Assembly: GCA_012026655.1 (NCBI GenBank)
Contig: JAAILG010000472.1
Coordinates: 1 to 64,000 of the forward strand
Length of the DNA: 64,000 bases
From: Hydrolagus affinis
Taxonomy: Eukaryota
Direction of reading: 5' to 3'
This document shows positions 22,946 through 35,180 of the stretch, one piece after another (within the stretch, counting starts at the first letter, position 1; every line of letters starts with the position of its first letter). A program made the translations under genes and the position numbers. A model generated the notes under the pieces. The model was not told the origin of the DNA. It saw only the letters and a program-made list of their open reading frames with translations, and did not search any database.

Positions 22946-23589
22946 GAGGATCAGAAATGTAGGAGTGACAGAATAATGGATCATTTCTGCCGTTCTCAAG
23001 AGAGATATCAAGCATGGGAGAGCCATCCTCCTATAGGGGGAGGAGAAATTTGGTGAGTCCCTTGGGGCATCTCCTAGCAAGGTTTCAAAGCACCATTGAC
23101 GGAGTCCTTGCTTTGGTCCTCCCGACATGAAAGGCCCTCTGTAAATGTAATTTTGTTGTTGTTGTTGCTTTGGACTGTACGAAAATGCACCCAGAAATTG
23201 TGCGCAATTCAAGATTGTACAAAAAGGGAGGGAAAACACAGGTGCAGGGGATTGCCCAGATGTGACCCTGTTTGTTGGCCAGTAAATGCAGCTGGGCCTT
23301 CTACTTCCACTATTTTTTTTAGCATTTCAAAGGGTGCAGAATTTGACAAATTCTCCAACTCACATCTGAATCTTTTGAACCACTTTCCTTCCTGTAACTT
23401 CATTTAAGGTCTCACAGTTGAAACAGAATTTAAGAAGTTGCAAATATCCTTACGCTTTGAAATGCTGGAAACATGGGTGGAATCCAGGGGGAAATCCCTT
23501 CGCTGATATCTTATTGCATTCCAGCACTCAGTGTCATTGCTCTTCCTCAAACCGTCAGCTGAGCAAATTCTATTGCTGTGCCTTACCCT

Positions 23590-23850
23590 CTTATTCCTCC
23601 ACCAATATGGTATCCTGGTCCTCACCTTCAAAGCCCTTCATGACCTCATCCCACCCTACCTTTGCGAACTCCACTAACCCTCTACCAAACTGCCCGCTCC
23701 CACTGCAGTGAGCTCCAGCCTGCTCCATGTGCCCCGACCCACCCACCCCACCATCGACGGGCGAGCCTTCAGCCACTCTGCCCTGAACCCCTGGAATTCT
23801 ATCCTGCAATCCCTCCGCCTCACCCCCCTCCCTGGCCTCCTTCAAGACTT
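23590..23850 (+). mobile_element. L2 ORF2 C-terminal fragment
   Basis: Reads ILVLTFKALHDLIPPYL...TIDGRAFSHSA..PWNS...LASFK across frameshifts. Confidence 0.85.
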
Positions 23851-23929
23851 TGTTCTATGATGGTTCCATCAATCATATATAGTCATACTTTTTTTAGCAC
23901 CTTCCACTCCGGGTAGCATCTCAGAGAGA

Positions 23930-24140
23930 GCTTAATGGTGTCGGAACCTGACTCTGAGTTGGGAGGGGGGAATTGAGGGGAGTTGAATCTAAACACAGTT
24001 GAAGAAGAAGGTTTTCAGGTGGAATTTGTAAAGGGCGAGAGAGAGGGCAAGGCAGAGGGATTGAGGGAGAGTGATCCAGAGTTTGGGCGTGTAGTAGCTG
24101 AATGCGTGACCTCCGATGGTGGGACGAGAGCGACAAGTTG
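23930..24140 (-). mobile_element. L2 3' fragment
   Basis: ORF 23989-24237(-) TIGGHAFSYYTPKLWITLPQSLCLA...FHLKTFFF. Confidence 0.8.
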
Positions 24141-25069
24141 AATGAGTTATGATTTGCAAAACACGTACAACTGTGTGCGAAGGAGAATGGTTGGAATGGA
24201 TGTCCCAAAGTGGGGATACTGAGTGATAGGCAGGCACTTTTCAGCAGAACACCTGAAAGCACACTGATGGCTGATTGTGTAGCAGTAGAAGGCTGGGGAC
24301 AATTTTCCAGTTCATACGCTTTGCGGCCTCAGAAAATAGTGGTATTTGAGTCTCAAAGAAGCAGAAAAGTTCTGCTAACTGCAAATGGGTCTCTTTGCCC
24401 GGGTACTGTCTATTTAGCTTGTGTGTCTGCGAACTGTAGGTCCTTATACAGTGTTTTTGCACCACAATAAGGTCAGAGATTTCTTTAGGGGAGGAGGGAG
24501 TGTTGCTTTTGTGGACGTTGATCATTCTAGTTTCTACTGTTAACTGATTTTTCACCCCATACTTGTGGCACACGACAGTTGAGTACGTTTCTTCTATTTC
24601 TAGTTGACTGGATTATGATTTGCATAACTCATTCAACAGTGTGCTGCCCTACCTCTATCTCGTTTCTCACCACTGAACACTAAACTAGATAGACAAACCT
24701 TCAAAATGTTCTGCAAAATCGAATCTAAATGCAACTCGTTTGGCCAAAGTGATTCACACTCTCAATGAGTCCGTCAAAGTGTGAAGTAACCAATGTTGTA
24801 CTTTATCAGAGGTTGTTCGGCTCTGTGGTAAAGTGGCTCTAAGAGAAGTGGAAACTAGCTCACTCACATGGCTGTGGAGGGCAATGGAGCGCTGAGCAGT
24901 GTGCTGTGTAGCCAATGGGGTCGAACATTGATCGGTGGTTGCAAAGTTTGCATGTTGAGTTCCGTACTTCAACTGGCTCTTGTAGAGAATGCACTCAAAT
25001 GCCCCATCAATCTCCCCCCCATCCACTTCAAGAACATAAGAATTGCTAAACGAAAGAAAACCATGGTCT

Positions 25070-25300
25070 TCTTAAAAAAAACACATTATAAAAAATGGTC
25101 ATTTTAATCCATGACTGTTTGTGGGACACTGCTGTGTGCAATTCGCTGCCGTGTTTTGCCCACAAATACACAGTCAATTCACTTTACAGTATATTCTGTG
25201 AAGCGTTTTGCGATATCTAGAAGACCTGAAAAGCACTATATCAAATGCAAGGATTATTATTATTATTATATAATTATAATATATAATAATATTATATTAT
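25070..25300 (+). mobile_element. SINE 3' half with extended AT-rich tail
   Basis: CTGTTTGTGGGACACTGCTGTG...GCAAGGATTATTATTATT. Confidence 0.88.
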
Positions 25301-26269
25301 TATCATTCGGTTCGCCTTCCACCATCCTGGCAGCCGCATACACATATCGTATCCCAAACTATATACTGTATCCCACACTATTATTTCCTAAAAGATCTAA
25401 TTTGCTCCTGAAAGAATGAACATTTTGTGCTTCCACCTTCTCCTTTCGGAGCCTGCTCCATACATTTACTACTCACTCACTGAAATAGTGCCTCTCCAGA
25501 TTTGTTTTGAATTTACCCCCCTTTAATCTCAGGCACTGTCCTCTGAACATTTGGGTTTATTATTGAAAGTTCCAGAGCAACAATAAGAGTTTCCTGAGAG
25601 CAGGTTGCCAGCCATCTCCACCTGATGTGATACGTGGCTTCCAAGAGAGAGCCAGGAAGGAAAAGGGGAAGGTACCTTTCATATCACAAAACAATACACC
25701 CACACAGTTTTATCCTGTACATTTATCCTGCAATTGTAAACAGAATTGTTATAATGGATGAGTGACTTTCAGTGCGTGAGACAGACCCATATAACCAGCT
25801 CAACTATTGCACTCGTAAGTTGCACAAAATATTGGTCATGTAGGTTTTTTTCCCTTTACTTGTGCAAAATTAGCATTCACTGGTTCACCGCCGAGCATCT
25901 TATTGCGTTGTGTGATGTGGAGAATGGTGAATTCCTGTGAAACTCGTCATCCAAAATAGCTTCCCATCCCACTGGGTCCTACCAGTTCCAATTATGTGTG
26001 ACTGCAACATTAATAGAAGTGGTGGTGGTGGAGGGTTTAACTCCTCCATATAATCTAAAAGCTCACTCTTGGTAAGATTACAAGGGATTGCAAATCCACC
26101 ATTGACAAGCAGTTTATTTGAGCTTTCCTCTGTGGTTTGATGTAATGTGAGCCTCTTCGTTGGATTACTGATCAATTAGCCGTGTTCGGTGGTGTATTTT
26201 ACACATATTGTACTATGGTGGCTAGTCTGTTTTAATATAGTGTAAAATTGCATTTATTATTCAGGTTCT

Positions 26270-27375
26270 CACAAGTGCTGTTAATGTCTTCTACATCTGG
26301 CTATGGGTCTGTTCATTCATACAATGTCTTTCTGTGGAATAAAATTATGGAGCCAGGTGATGGATCCTGCGATAGCAAAGGCATATCATGTAATCTACAC
26401 CCACATCTGGGTAACTCATTGAGGCCTTAGGACATTGGTATTAATTTGCCGAGCAAATTTCTTTGAGGAATGTCTTCATCGGGGTATTGATGTGCTGTGG
26501 GATGGGGGTGCTGGGATGTGGCTTGTTATCTCTCATAGTTGGTTCCTAATCATGCCTGCTGATGCTTGGGAGATCAGAGGGAGAATCAGTGGGACACATG
26601 GCTTGAAACAGATTCAGACAATTCAGAATTGACAAGGTTACCTTTGCTCACACCTGGAGATGAGAATAATAGTGAGACATCACCTTTATCTACTCTGCCC
26701 TAATAACGCATTTACTCTTGACTTCAGAAAAATATCATCCTCTACACTAGTAGTTTCTATTCCTCACCTCCCAAGCCATCCCTTGGCTGGTCTGGGTGAG
26801 ATTGTTAGTTTGATGCAGCCTTTCTATTCTGATGCTGCAGTTTTGCTTCTCTGCTTAAACCTGAGATGCAACACATCACAGCATTCGGATCAAGAAGGAA
26901 AGCCCTTTGGACAATTTGAACTCGACCTCCAAAAATACCAATCTCAACCTCTTCTAAATGCAGCATCAAACTGTTTCTTCAATGAATCCAATGCGCAGGC
27001 CACTACCACCATTCCCTCCTGGAGCACATGTAAAGTAATGACTGTTGCCAGACAACGAGGAAGGAGATTTTCATACCACTGCAGTCCGGCCAAGGTTCCA
27101 AAGAACTGCTCTGTGTCTATGAATCTTCTGGGCCCAGGGCCTGATGTGTCCAAACGCAGAGGGGTCTCCAGCATTTTGCACCCCTAGAGCCACCAGTGAC
27201 CTATGTAAATAGAGCTCCCTCTAATGGAATAAATCCTAAACTGCTCTACAATGTATGGAAAGTGGCCCATGGACTTGGATCTAAATTCCTTTCTTTTCTC
27301 TCCCTGACATTGATGTGATGACATACATACAGAAGCTGCAGGTGAACACTATTATTCACCTCCTGGTGGGTTTAA
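26270..27375 (+). mobile_element. Probable heavily decayed Tx1-clade (L1 superfamily) ORF2 3' half
   Basis: Ordered degenerate motifs across frames: AVNVF/SVH/MSFC/GAR (after YxDD), ALGHWY, CRANFFEECL, QPFYSD, VWKVAHG, NTIIHLLV (zinc-knuckle ET..HLL..C). Confidence 0.45.
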
Positions 27376-27429
27376 GCCCTTAAAATCAAATTTATAGATT
27401 TATAAATTTATAGATCATGGAGGTGGGTT

Positions 27430-27615
27430 TCTATCTAGTCCCGCTTCAAGATCCTCCTCTGCGACGGTCCCATCAGACACCTCAAATCCCCCGCTTTTCC
27501 TCCAGCCTACCTGTCATCGACCCCAGCTCAGGTCTGAAACAATGACTGTCCAGTGCCTTGGGACGTCCTCCTGACCTGAAACGAGCTATGCCGGTGTAAT
27601 TTTGTTGTGGTTGTA
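27430..27615 (+). mobile_element. L2 3' end
   Basis: CCAGTGCCTTGGGACGTCCTCCTGACCTGAAA...TAATTTTGTTGTGGTTG. Confidence 0.75.
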
Positions 27616-27959
27616 GTTTGGCAAACTATGTTTTTAGCTGGTCAGACTCTAGCAGTTACCCCAACAGCCATTCTGAGGTCTCCAAGGCTTGGCTCTTGCC
27701 AGCCTGCACCTGTTCCTCCCTGGAATTAGATAAGCAGAATATATCCCTCTGGGGAGAGAAGGTACATTCTATTCCAAAACATGGGAATTTCCTTGTGTAG
27801 GTGGAACACTGTTGGCTTCAATACCCTTAAGAACCATGATTGGTTTTCACATGTGACAGATACCCGGCTGACCCAAAAAAGTTTGGTGGATTAAATGTTA
27901 TGCCCTAATATATTCTCTGTTAATAAGAGGATTTTTCTTCTGTACCCACTGCTGTTCAG

Positions 27960-28095
27960 ATGAGATCATTGGCTAGTACAGTGAAAAGGCAGGAGAATGG
28001 GACTAAATGGATAGCTTTTTCAGAGGTAGCACTGATACAATGGGCTAAATGACTAAATGACTGCCTATTGTGATATACAGTACATTTCTATGGTT
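27960..28095 (+). mobile_element. Decayed CR1 3' end
   Basis: GAAAAGGCAGGAGAATGGGACTAA...ATGGGCTAAATG...TTCTATG. Confidence 0.6.
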
Positions 28096-29469
28096 CTGCG
28101 ACCATGGGATATCCTAGAGGCCAAATCCTATTGTCTGACCCTTTTTAATGATTTAGAATAAAGGGGAGGCAATTGGAAACATCGACGTTAGCTTTTTTGT
28201 TATTCGTTATTTGTAGCGAGACTTAGCTCTAAATATTACGACGATGACTAAATATTCCTACTCTAAATGTTACTAAAATGGAACGCTGTTCTTCAGATCC
28301 TGGGTTTGATTATTTTGAAGGAGTTTCTGATGTGGGCTGCCAATCTGAAGGATCTTAGAGAATCATTGGCAGTTTCAACCAAAGGGATTTTTTTAAAAAA
28401 AACTGCAAAAACAACAACTTGCATTTATATAGCGCCCCTCAAACAGGGTAGTGTCCTGGAGTGCTTGACAGTGGCTGTGCATGATGCTGTGCCAGGGGTG
28501 GGAGGAGGGAGGTAGAAGTTTAATAATATATTATTTTCGCAACTTGGATGGCCCTTTTCTCCAAATCATATTGCGCAGATGCAGAACCCAATCCAATGTT
28601 TGGGAGATTTGGAAACGGAAAACTGAAGATGAATGGCCAAGACGTAAAGAGCAGCTGAAAACCGTTATTTGGTTAATTCGACAACAGCAATGCAATTCCT
28701 TAAGTCAGGTTATATAAACCCTATGGCCCAGCCCTAGATTTTGCAATGTATTTAGAACCAGTTGAGTCATTTCATGGCAACCCAACTGACCTTATTTCCT
28801 GCTTCATCAGTGTAGACTTTGAAGGAGGTTTATTGGTGAGGACTGTATAAAGTTTAAACAAGCAGAATAACTTTTGAGTTCCACGTGCTATTCAGAAACA
28901 AATGTTTCCTTTGATTTTTTTTAGTGCTTATGTGTTTCTTATATAGTCTAGGGTGTGGAAGAAAATGACCTTTGTATTAATAAAGTGTGCACTTGAGGAC
29001 AAAAATTTGTAGCCATATAATTTCAACATTGGCAGTGATTCAAATATTGGAGTGAAGTCACAACACGTTAGCTGTGTAACCCCCCAACCCCCCGGCCGTT
29101 GCTATCTCTAACCTCTAGCACAGATGTTGAAAGGTTATGATGGGGGAAGAGAGCCTTGCTGAGTAACAGCTGTGTTGATATTGCACAACAGCCAGGAGCA
29201 ATGACACTGGACTTAAAGATTCACGGTCTGCCTTCAATTAGTAGCTTTGAGTACACATGGCTTTTCCCATTTTTCTTGGATGTGTGAGGATTTTTCTGAA
29301 AGGATTATTAGTTCTCTTATGCGCTTCCCCTTTGCTACCCTCTCAAGTCTCAACAAAATACATTAACTCTTGCTTATCCTGCCTAAACACACAACATTTT
29401 CTCGCTGGAGCAGAAGCCGGGTCAGGGAGCCCTGCCATAATTGTGTGTCTCCCAACAATTTTGTCTGTT

Positions 29470-29586
29470 GCAAGGGATACAGGGGCCAGAGGGGCGGGTA
29501 TTTGGAGGTGAAGTAGAGATCAGCCATGATCTAATGGAATGGTAGAACAGGCTTGAGGGGCTGAATGGCCTACTCCTGTTTCTATG
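29470..29586 (+). mobile_element. CR1 3' end
   Basis: GATCAGCCATGATCTAATGGAATGG...GAATGGCCTACTCCTG. Confidence 0.8.
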
Positions 29587-29699
29587 GGTGCCACACCACA
29601 GATTGGGAGTTTTATTTGAAGAGCTGAACGCACAGTTGCATTCCTGTATTGAATAGTCTACATTTTAGATATTTTACCAAGAAGATATTTTACAACTTT

Positions 29700-30587
29700 T
29701 TGAGGATGATGCAAAAAGATTGCAACGGCTATAGATAGATAGGCTAGGGGAGTGGGCGAGTAGGTGGCAGGTGGAATTTAATGTGGGGAAGTGTGAAATT
29801 ACTCATCTAGGTAGCAAAAATAAAAAACAAATTATTTTCTAGACAGGGAGAGGTTAGATAGTGTTAGTGTACAAAGGGATTTGGGTGTCCTTGTACACCA
29901 TTCTCAAAAAGTTAGTTTGCAGGTGCAGCAAGCAACTAAAAAGGCAAACGGCATGTTAGCATTCATTGCAAAAGGTTAGTGTACAAGAGTAGGGAAGTCT
30001 TGCTGCAACTGTATAGGGCCTTGGTGAGACCGCACCTAGAATATTGTGTGCAATTTTGGTCTCCTTATTTAAAAAAGGACATACTTGCTTTAGAAAGGGT
30101 GCAGCATAGATTCACTAGGTTAGTTCCTGGGATGAGGGGACTGACCTATGAGGACAGATTGAATAAACTAGGGCTGTATTCTCTAGAGTACAGAAGAATT
30201 AGGGGAGATCTTATTGAAACATATAAGATTCTTAAAGGGCTGGATAAAGTAAACAGTGAGGGACTGTTTCCCCTGGTAGGACAATCTATAACCAGGGCTC
30301 ATAATCTTAAAATTAACGGTCAGCCTTTTAGAACAGAGTTGAGGAAACATTTCTTCACTCAGAGGGAAGTGAATTTATGGAATTCACTATCCCAGAAGGC
30401 TGTAGATGCTCAGTCCTTGAACATTTCATGACTGAGACTGATAGATTTTTAAAAAATAGGGAATATGGGTGGGGATAGGGCAGGTAATTAGAGTTAGGTC
30501 AGAAGATCAGCCATGATCTTATCAAATGGCGGGGCAGACTCGAGGGGCAGAATGGCTTACTCCTGATCCTAATTCTTATGTTCTTAT
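29700..30587 (+). mobile_element. CR1 LINE 3' ~0.9 kb (RT C-terminus + 3'UTR), 5'-truncated
   Basis: DRLGEWASRWQVEFNVGKC; ORF 29979-30431 LYRALVRPHLEYCVQFWSPYLKKDI...RGDLIETYKI; tail TTCTTATGTTCTTAT. Confidence 0.96.
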
Positions 30588-31425
30588 AAGCACTCCGATA
30601 TGCTTGAAGGGCACTATATAAATGCAAGTCGATGTAATTTTTTTGAGTTGACCTATTTTTTTTTCTTAGCTTGGTTGAAAACTGCAAATGTACTTGTTCA
30701 GCACTATCTGGGTGCAGACTTGTATTCTTTTGATTTTTACGGTTTCTTTACAAGCTGCAGGGTAAATTAAACCCTTTAACACAATGTTTAACCCGATGCT
30801 GATTTCCAAGGGTTCATTCTGCAGTTTCCTGTGACATTCCTCCTTATACGTTATGGGGCATGGTTAAGTGACCACTGTGTTGACCAATGGGCTTGAGGAG
30901 AAGAAACGCAAATTTGTACCATTGTAAATTATGTTGGAAACATTTGTGTAGCCATGCCACGAACTACAGCTCAACAACATGATGTGAACACGTCACTATT
31001 TAATTGGTTTCATTCTCATTTCAACTGTGGTCTACAACTGGCATTGTGGCAACTGGCTCTGCCCATGATCGTTAATGGCCCAGAGCCTGGGAGGAAGTGT
31101 GCAAATTTGTGGCTGCATTCACTTACAAACTACAGAGTCACAGCACTTTGTAGTATATCCTGTGAAGCTCCTGTCATTCAAGGCCTGTTTCAACACGTAC
31201 CTCTTTGGCTGTGCTTTCTGTCAATTTTCCAAACCCCAGCCCTTTGTAGCTCCCATCCTAAACTTAGAAGTCCATGCAACATTGTCGAATGTTTTGAGAT
31301 GTCCTCCTAACCTAAAAGGAATTATTTAAGTGTAAATTGCAATGTATTGCATCATATTATTTAAGCACTTTGAAACATCCTCCCAAGATGAAAGGCACTA
31401 TACCAAATGTAAAGATTATTATTCA

Positions 31426-31630
31426 ATAGAATCATAGAATCCTATTGCACCAAAGGAGGCCAATTGGCCCATCGTGCCTGTGCTGGCTCTTTAAAAGAAC
31501 TATCAACTAGTCCCACTCCATTGCTCTTTCCATATAGGTTTCCAAATGTTTTAGTTTCATCCAATTCCCTTTTAAAAGTTGGTATTGAATGTACTTCCAC
31601 CAGCACCCTTTCGGGCAGTGAATTCCAGTA
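31426..31630 (-). mobile_element. CR1 3' end, (ATTCTATG)n-tailed family
   Basis: ATAGAATCATAGAATC...GGAGGCCAATTGGCCCATCG. Confidence 0.8.
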
Positions 31631-31635
31631 ACAAA

Positions 31636-31900
31636 TGTGGCATCTGTTGCCACGCTGGCATCACAGAACAGCTCTGTACGTTGCCTGAACGCTCGCTGTT
31701 CTGAGTACGTGGAACTACTTGTGTATTTCGTGGCATGCGGAGGTCCAATGCATTTCCTGTCCTGGCACAGGATGAGTAGACTCGCGCAAAGTTTTCTACG
31801 TGGGCTGAATTCCAGTGCAAGTGGCAGGCAGCACAAAATGGCAGAATTGTCTGAGACAGCCAAGGACTTTCTGACCAGTTGTAAACTGAAACAGGTGTAG
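31636..31900. promoter_or_regulatory. CpG-rich candidate enhancer with two HIF-type TACGTG motifs
   Basis: TACGTG at 31706-31711 and 31797-31802; about ten CpGs in ~160 bp. Confidence 0.3.
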
Positions 31901-32419
31901 GAGTTGGAAGAACAGTCCGCTCTACTATGCAGTGTGACTGTGGTAATCCTGTGACATGGTCCATTCTACCACTGCACGCTTTAAGAGTAATCGTTTAGCA
32001 CAAAGCAGCATTTATATATAGGAACAGGAGTTTTTGGTCAGTCCTGCTGTGCCATTCCATTAGATCATGTCTGATCTGTACTTCATTTCCAATTACCCAT
32101 CTTTTGCCCCATATCCATTGATACCCTTACGAAAACAAAATCAATCCACAGTTTCTTTTTAACTCTTACAAGGTAGAGACAAAAATTTCCATATTGTGTG
32201 AGAGCCCTGTAGGCCACCTACTGAATTCTGCCCCCACCCCCTCCCACATACCCCAAGACTGTTTTCAGATTGCTTCTCTTATAGATTTGGACTTTAGATA
32301 CATCTAGTAACTCTTTGCTACTCTGCCCTCTTGCCTCCCACCCCATCCCCACACATCAGCTCATTTCTGATCAAATGCAAGGATATTATTTTTAAAAATT
32401 ATTATTCTGCAACACCATC

Positions 32420-32690
32420 CCCCGCCCTCTCTGCACCATCAATGCTGGCTAAGCCTTCAGTTCTTGCACCTCTAACCTCTGGAACTCGCTCCATCCACCA
32501 CTCCATCTCCCCACCACCACCTCTTTCACTGCCTTTTTAAGTCCTGCCTCAAATCCTACCTCTGTTCATGCCTATGGCCAGCTCCCCCCACCCAATTCTC
32601 CCTTGTTCGGACTCGAAACCTGTCCTTTATAAAGTGCCCCGAGACATTATCCTACCTGCACTGTGCTGCATCAATGCAAGTTGTTGTTTT
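32420..32690 (+). mobile_element. Decayed L2 3' end
   Basis: GCCTTCAG...CTCTGGAACTCGCTCC...ATGCAAGTTGTTG. Confidence 0.65.
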
Positions 32691-32940
32691 TCATCTTAGA
32701 ATAATGATGAAATGACCTTTGGTACTAGTGGTAGCAACAGCAGGTTCGCTTTGTCAAAAGTGGTTTCATTAAAACCATTTTCTATTTTGGGACATCATCT
32801 ATAAGGAAGTCGGGGAAGTGATTTGGTTGACTTGAAGATTTATGACATTTATAGTGGTAGCAAAGTACTGTCGGCATTTCCTTCAGGCTTACCAACATTT
32901 ACATGTTGAAGACAGGCCAAGGTGTGAGAGGTATGATCAA

Positions 32941-33370
32941 AATAATAATAATCCTTGCATTTGATACAGTGCTTTTCACGTCTTCAAGATGTCACAAAGT
33001 GCTTCACAGAATATACTGTAAAGTGAATTGACTGTATATTTGTGGGCGAAACACGGCAGCCAATTGTGCACAGCGGTGTATATGTTGTGAACGGATACAC
33101 GTGCCCGTACTGTGACTCATGCTATATCAATTTGGTGTAATTGCAACATGACGTCAATAGCTGATGAGATTTGAAAACAGCCAACAACAACAACAAGGCT
33201 AGAATCACATTTGTATAGCGCCTTTCACGTCGGGAGGACATCCTAAAGTGCTGGACAGGCAGTTTCAGACCCGAGATTGGGTCAGGATCAAGGAGGGTGG
33301 AGGGAAGGGGGGTGACCAACAGTTGAAGAGGAGGGCCTTGAGGCGGGACTTAAAGGAGGCCAAGGCGAGG
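32941..33370 (-). mobile_element. SINE 3' half (32941-33078) and L2 3' end (33182-33370)
   Basis: AATAATAATAATCCTTGCATTTG; CAACAACAAC...ATAGCGCCTTTCACGTCGGGAGGACATCC. Confidence 0.8.
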
Positions 33371-33689
33371 CACTTATTTAAAGTACTGAGGGGGAGGGTT
33401 GGTGGTGGAGAGAATGGGATCCAGTTCAGCTTTTCAGTATTTTTTTTTGTTCTATGTCAGATTCTTTCAGAGTTCACGTGTCCACAAAAACAGCTGAACG
33501 CTTGTCAAAAGTAGACAAGTGTCGGAAAGTGAAGAAAATCTCCCAAGTTTGGTTGAGTAATTTGTCATAGAGATTGTGAGTCACTTATTGGACCTTTGAT
33601 GAGAGAGTAGAATGAAAATTTCTGGAATTCTTTTAAAATAATAATTTTCTTTGTTTTAATAATAATTAAAAATTTCAAATAATTTTATT

Positions 33690-34010
33690 TTAAATTGCGC
33701 CATTCATGTGGGGAGGACATCTCAGGGGCTCTCACTTTAAAGTCCAATGATTGTGTATTGTAGGTGAACATAGCAGCCAATGTGCTCACAGCAACATTCC
33801 TAAAACAGCCACAAAGTGAGTGAGTACCCAGTTTTATCTGAGGGATTATTAGCCAGGACATTGGAAGAAACTCCCTTCTCTTTTGAAATACGGTCATGGA
33901 ATCTTTAACATCCACCGTTTAAAGTTTCACCTGAAGGACAGCAACTCCAACAATACAGCACACCTCCAACAATGTATTGGATTGTTAGTTTAGAAAGAGA
34001 GTTCAAATGG
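33690..34010 (-). mobile_element. DeuSINE
   Basis: Reverse Deu-domain AAACTCCCTTCTCTTTTGAAATA..CATGGAATCTTTAACATCCACC. Confidence 0.75.
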
Positions 34011-34954
34011 CAGTGCAGCACTGCAGACATCAGAAAGTATGCTTTTTTTAACTGCAAACTTGACATTTCTCATTTTTAAAAAACAATTTTCAACTTGTAT
34101 CTGAAATAATGCCTTTCACGTTGGGTGGAACGTACCAAAGTGCTTCGCAAGATTTACTGTAAACTGTAATGACTGTATTTTGTAGGAAAGCACCTAATGA
34201 GATATACTGTAGATAGCAAACAATTATGCTTTAGCCTACTGTTCTCCTATTTCCCCACTCCCTTTTGTCAGGTAAAGAACTGATCAGCTCCACAGATTTT
34301 TGGTGGTATTTCTAGGTTTGGCATTCATTGATTTTTATTTAGTCAATCTACAGAAATTAAATTCAGTACTTAAGTATCGGTTAAAAGCGTTGAATGTTTG
34401 AGATATTTTTCTCTCTAAGTTGGCTTTTAAGGGGTTTTAGTTTTAGGTTCTCTCTTCTTAACCTCCGGAGAGGGGGTGGAGGTGAGATGGATGGACAGGT
34501 GCGATGTACTGAGCGACTGACAAGCTGTTTGGTTACAGTCTTGGGTGGGAGTGATGTATGAGAATGAATAGCTTAAACAACTGGCCTCTTACTCTCACAA
34601 AACAAGCAAGAGGAGGGTAAATCTTAAATCTTATTTATTGCTCCAGTTCCATTATCTGGCACTAAAAGGTTCTATGCTTTCCTCATTCATCACTCCTTTC
34701 TTTAAACAAGAAGAGAACAGGAAGCATGTGGTGGATGTGGTCGAGTTATAAAGTCAGTCAGGTTAAGATGATGTGCCTGTGTAAAATTGCAGGGTGGGCA
34801 TTGCAGCCGAACAATTAATTATGGAAAGAAATATTGTCTTGCACAGTTAAACATGTTGTTGAGATTTGTCCTAAACTGAAGTGTACTTTAAGGATTTAAT
34901 TTGGCAATTTAGACACTAAATGTGCTGCTTTGCGATTAGAGTACCCATAGCTTT

Positions 34955-35180
34955 GGATCAGATGTTCAACAAAGGTCTTGTCCATTTGTTTGTTAAAGAT
35001 CCCATGGCCCTTCTCGAAAAGAGAAGGGAAGATTCTGGTGTTCTGGCCAGTAATTCCCCCAAATAAACTTGGTCGTTCGTTTCATGACTGTTTGTGGGAA
35101 GCTGCTGTGCGTGGATTGCCTGCCACATTTGCTTACGGAACACAGTGACTACAATTTACAGTCTGCTGTGAAGCCCGCAT
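34955..35180 (+). mobile_element. DeuSINE central/3' part
   Basis: GTTAAAGATCCCATGGCCCTTCTCGAAAAGAGAAGGG...CTGTTTGTGGG. Confidence 0.75.

Noticed and set aside
26660-27187. 175-aa ORF as a host gene or Harbinger transposase (HCSPAKV vs LQYSPAKV)
   Set aside because: No DDE or other Harbinger motifs; the surrounding ordered motifs fit a decayed Tx1/L1 better
29979-30431. CR1 ORFs as functional CDS (also 46560-46970 and 2636-2839)
   Set aside because: 5'-truncated fragments with stops or frameshifts and no complete RT or endonuclease
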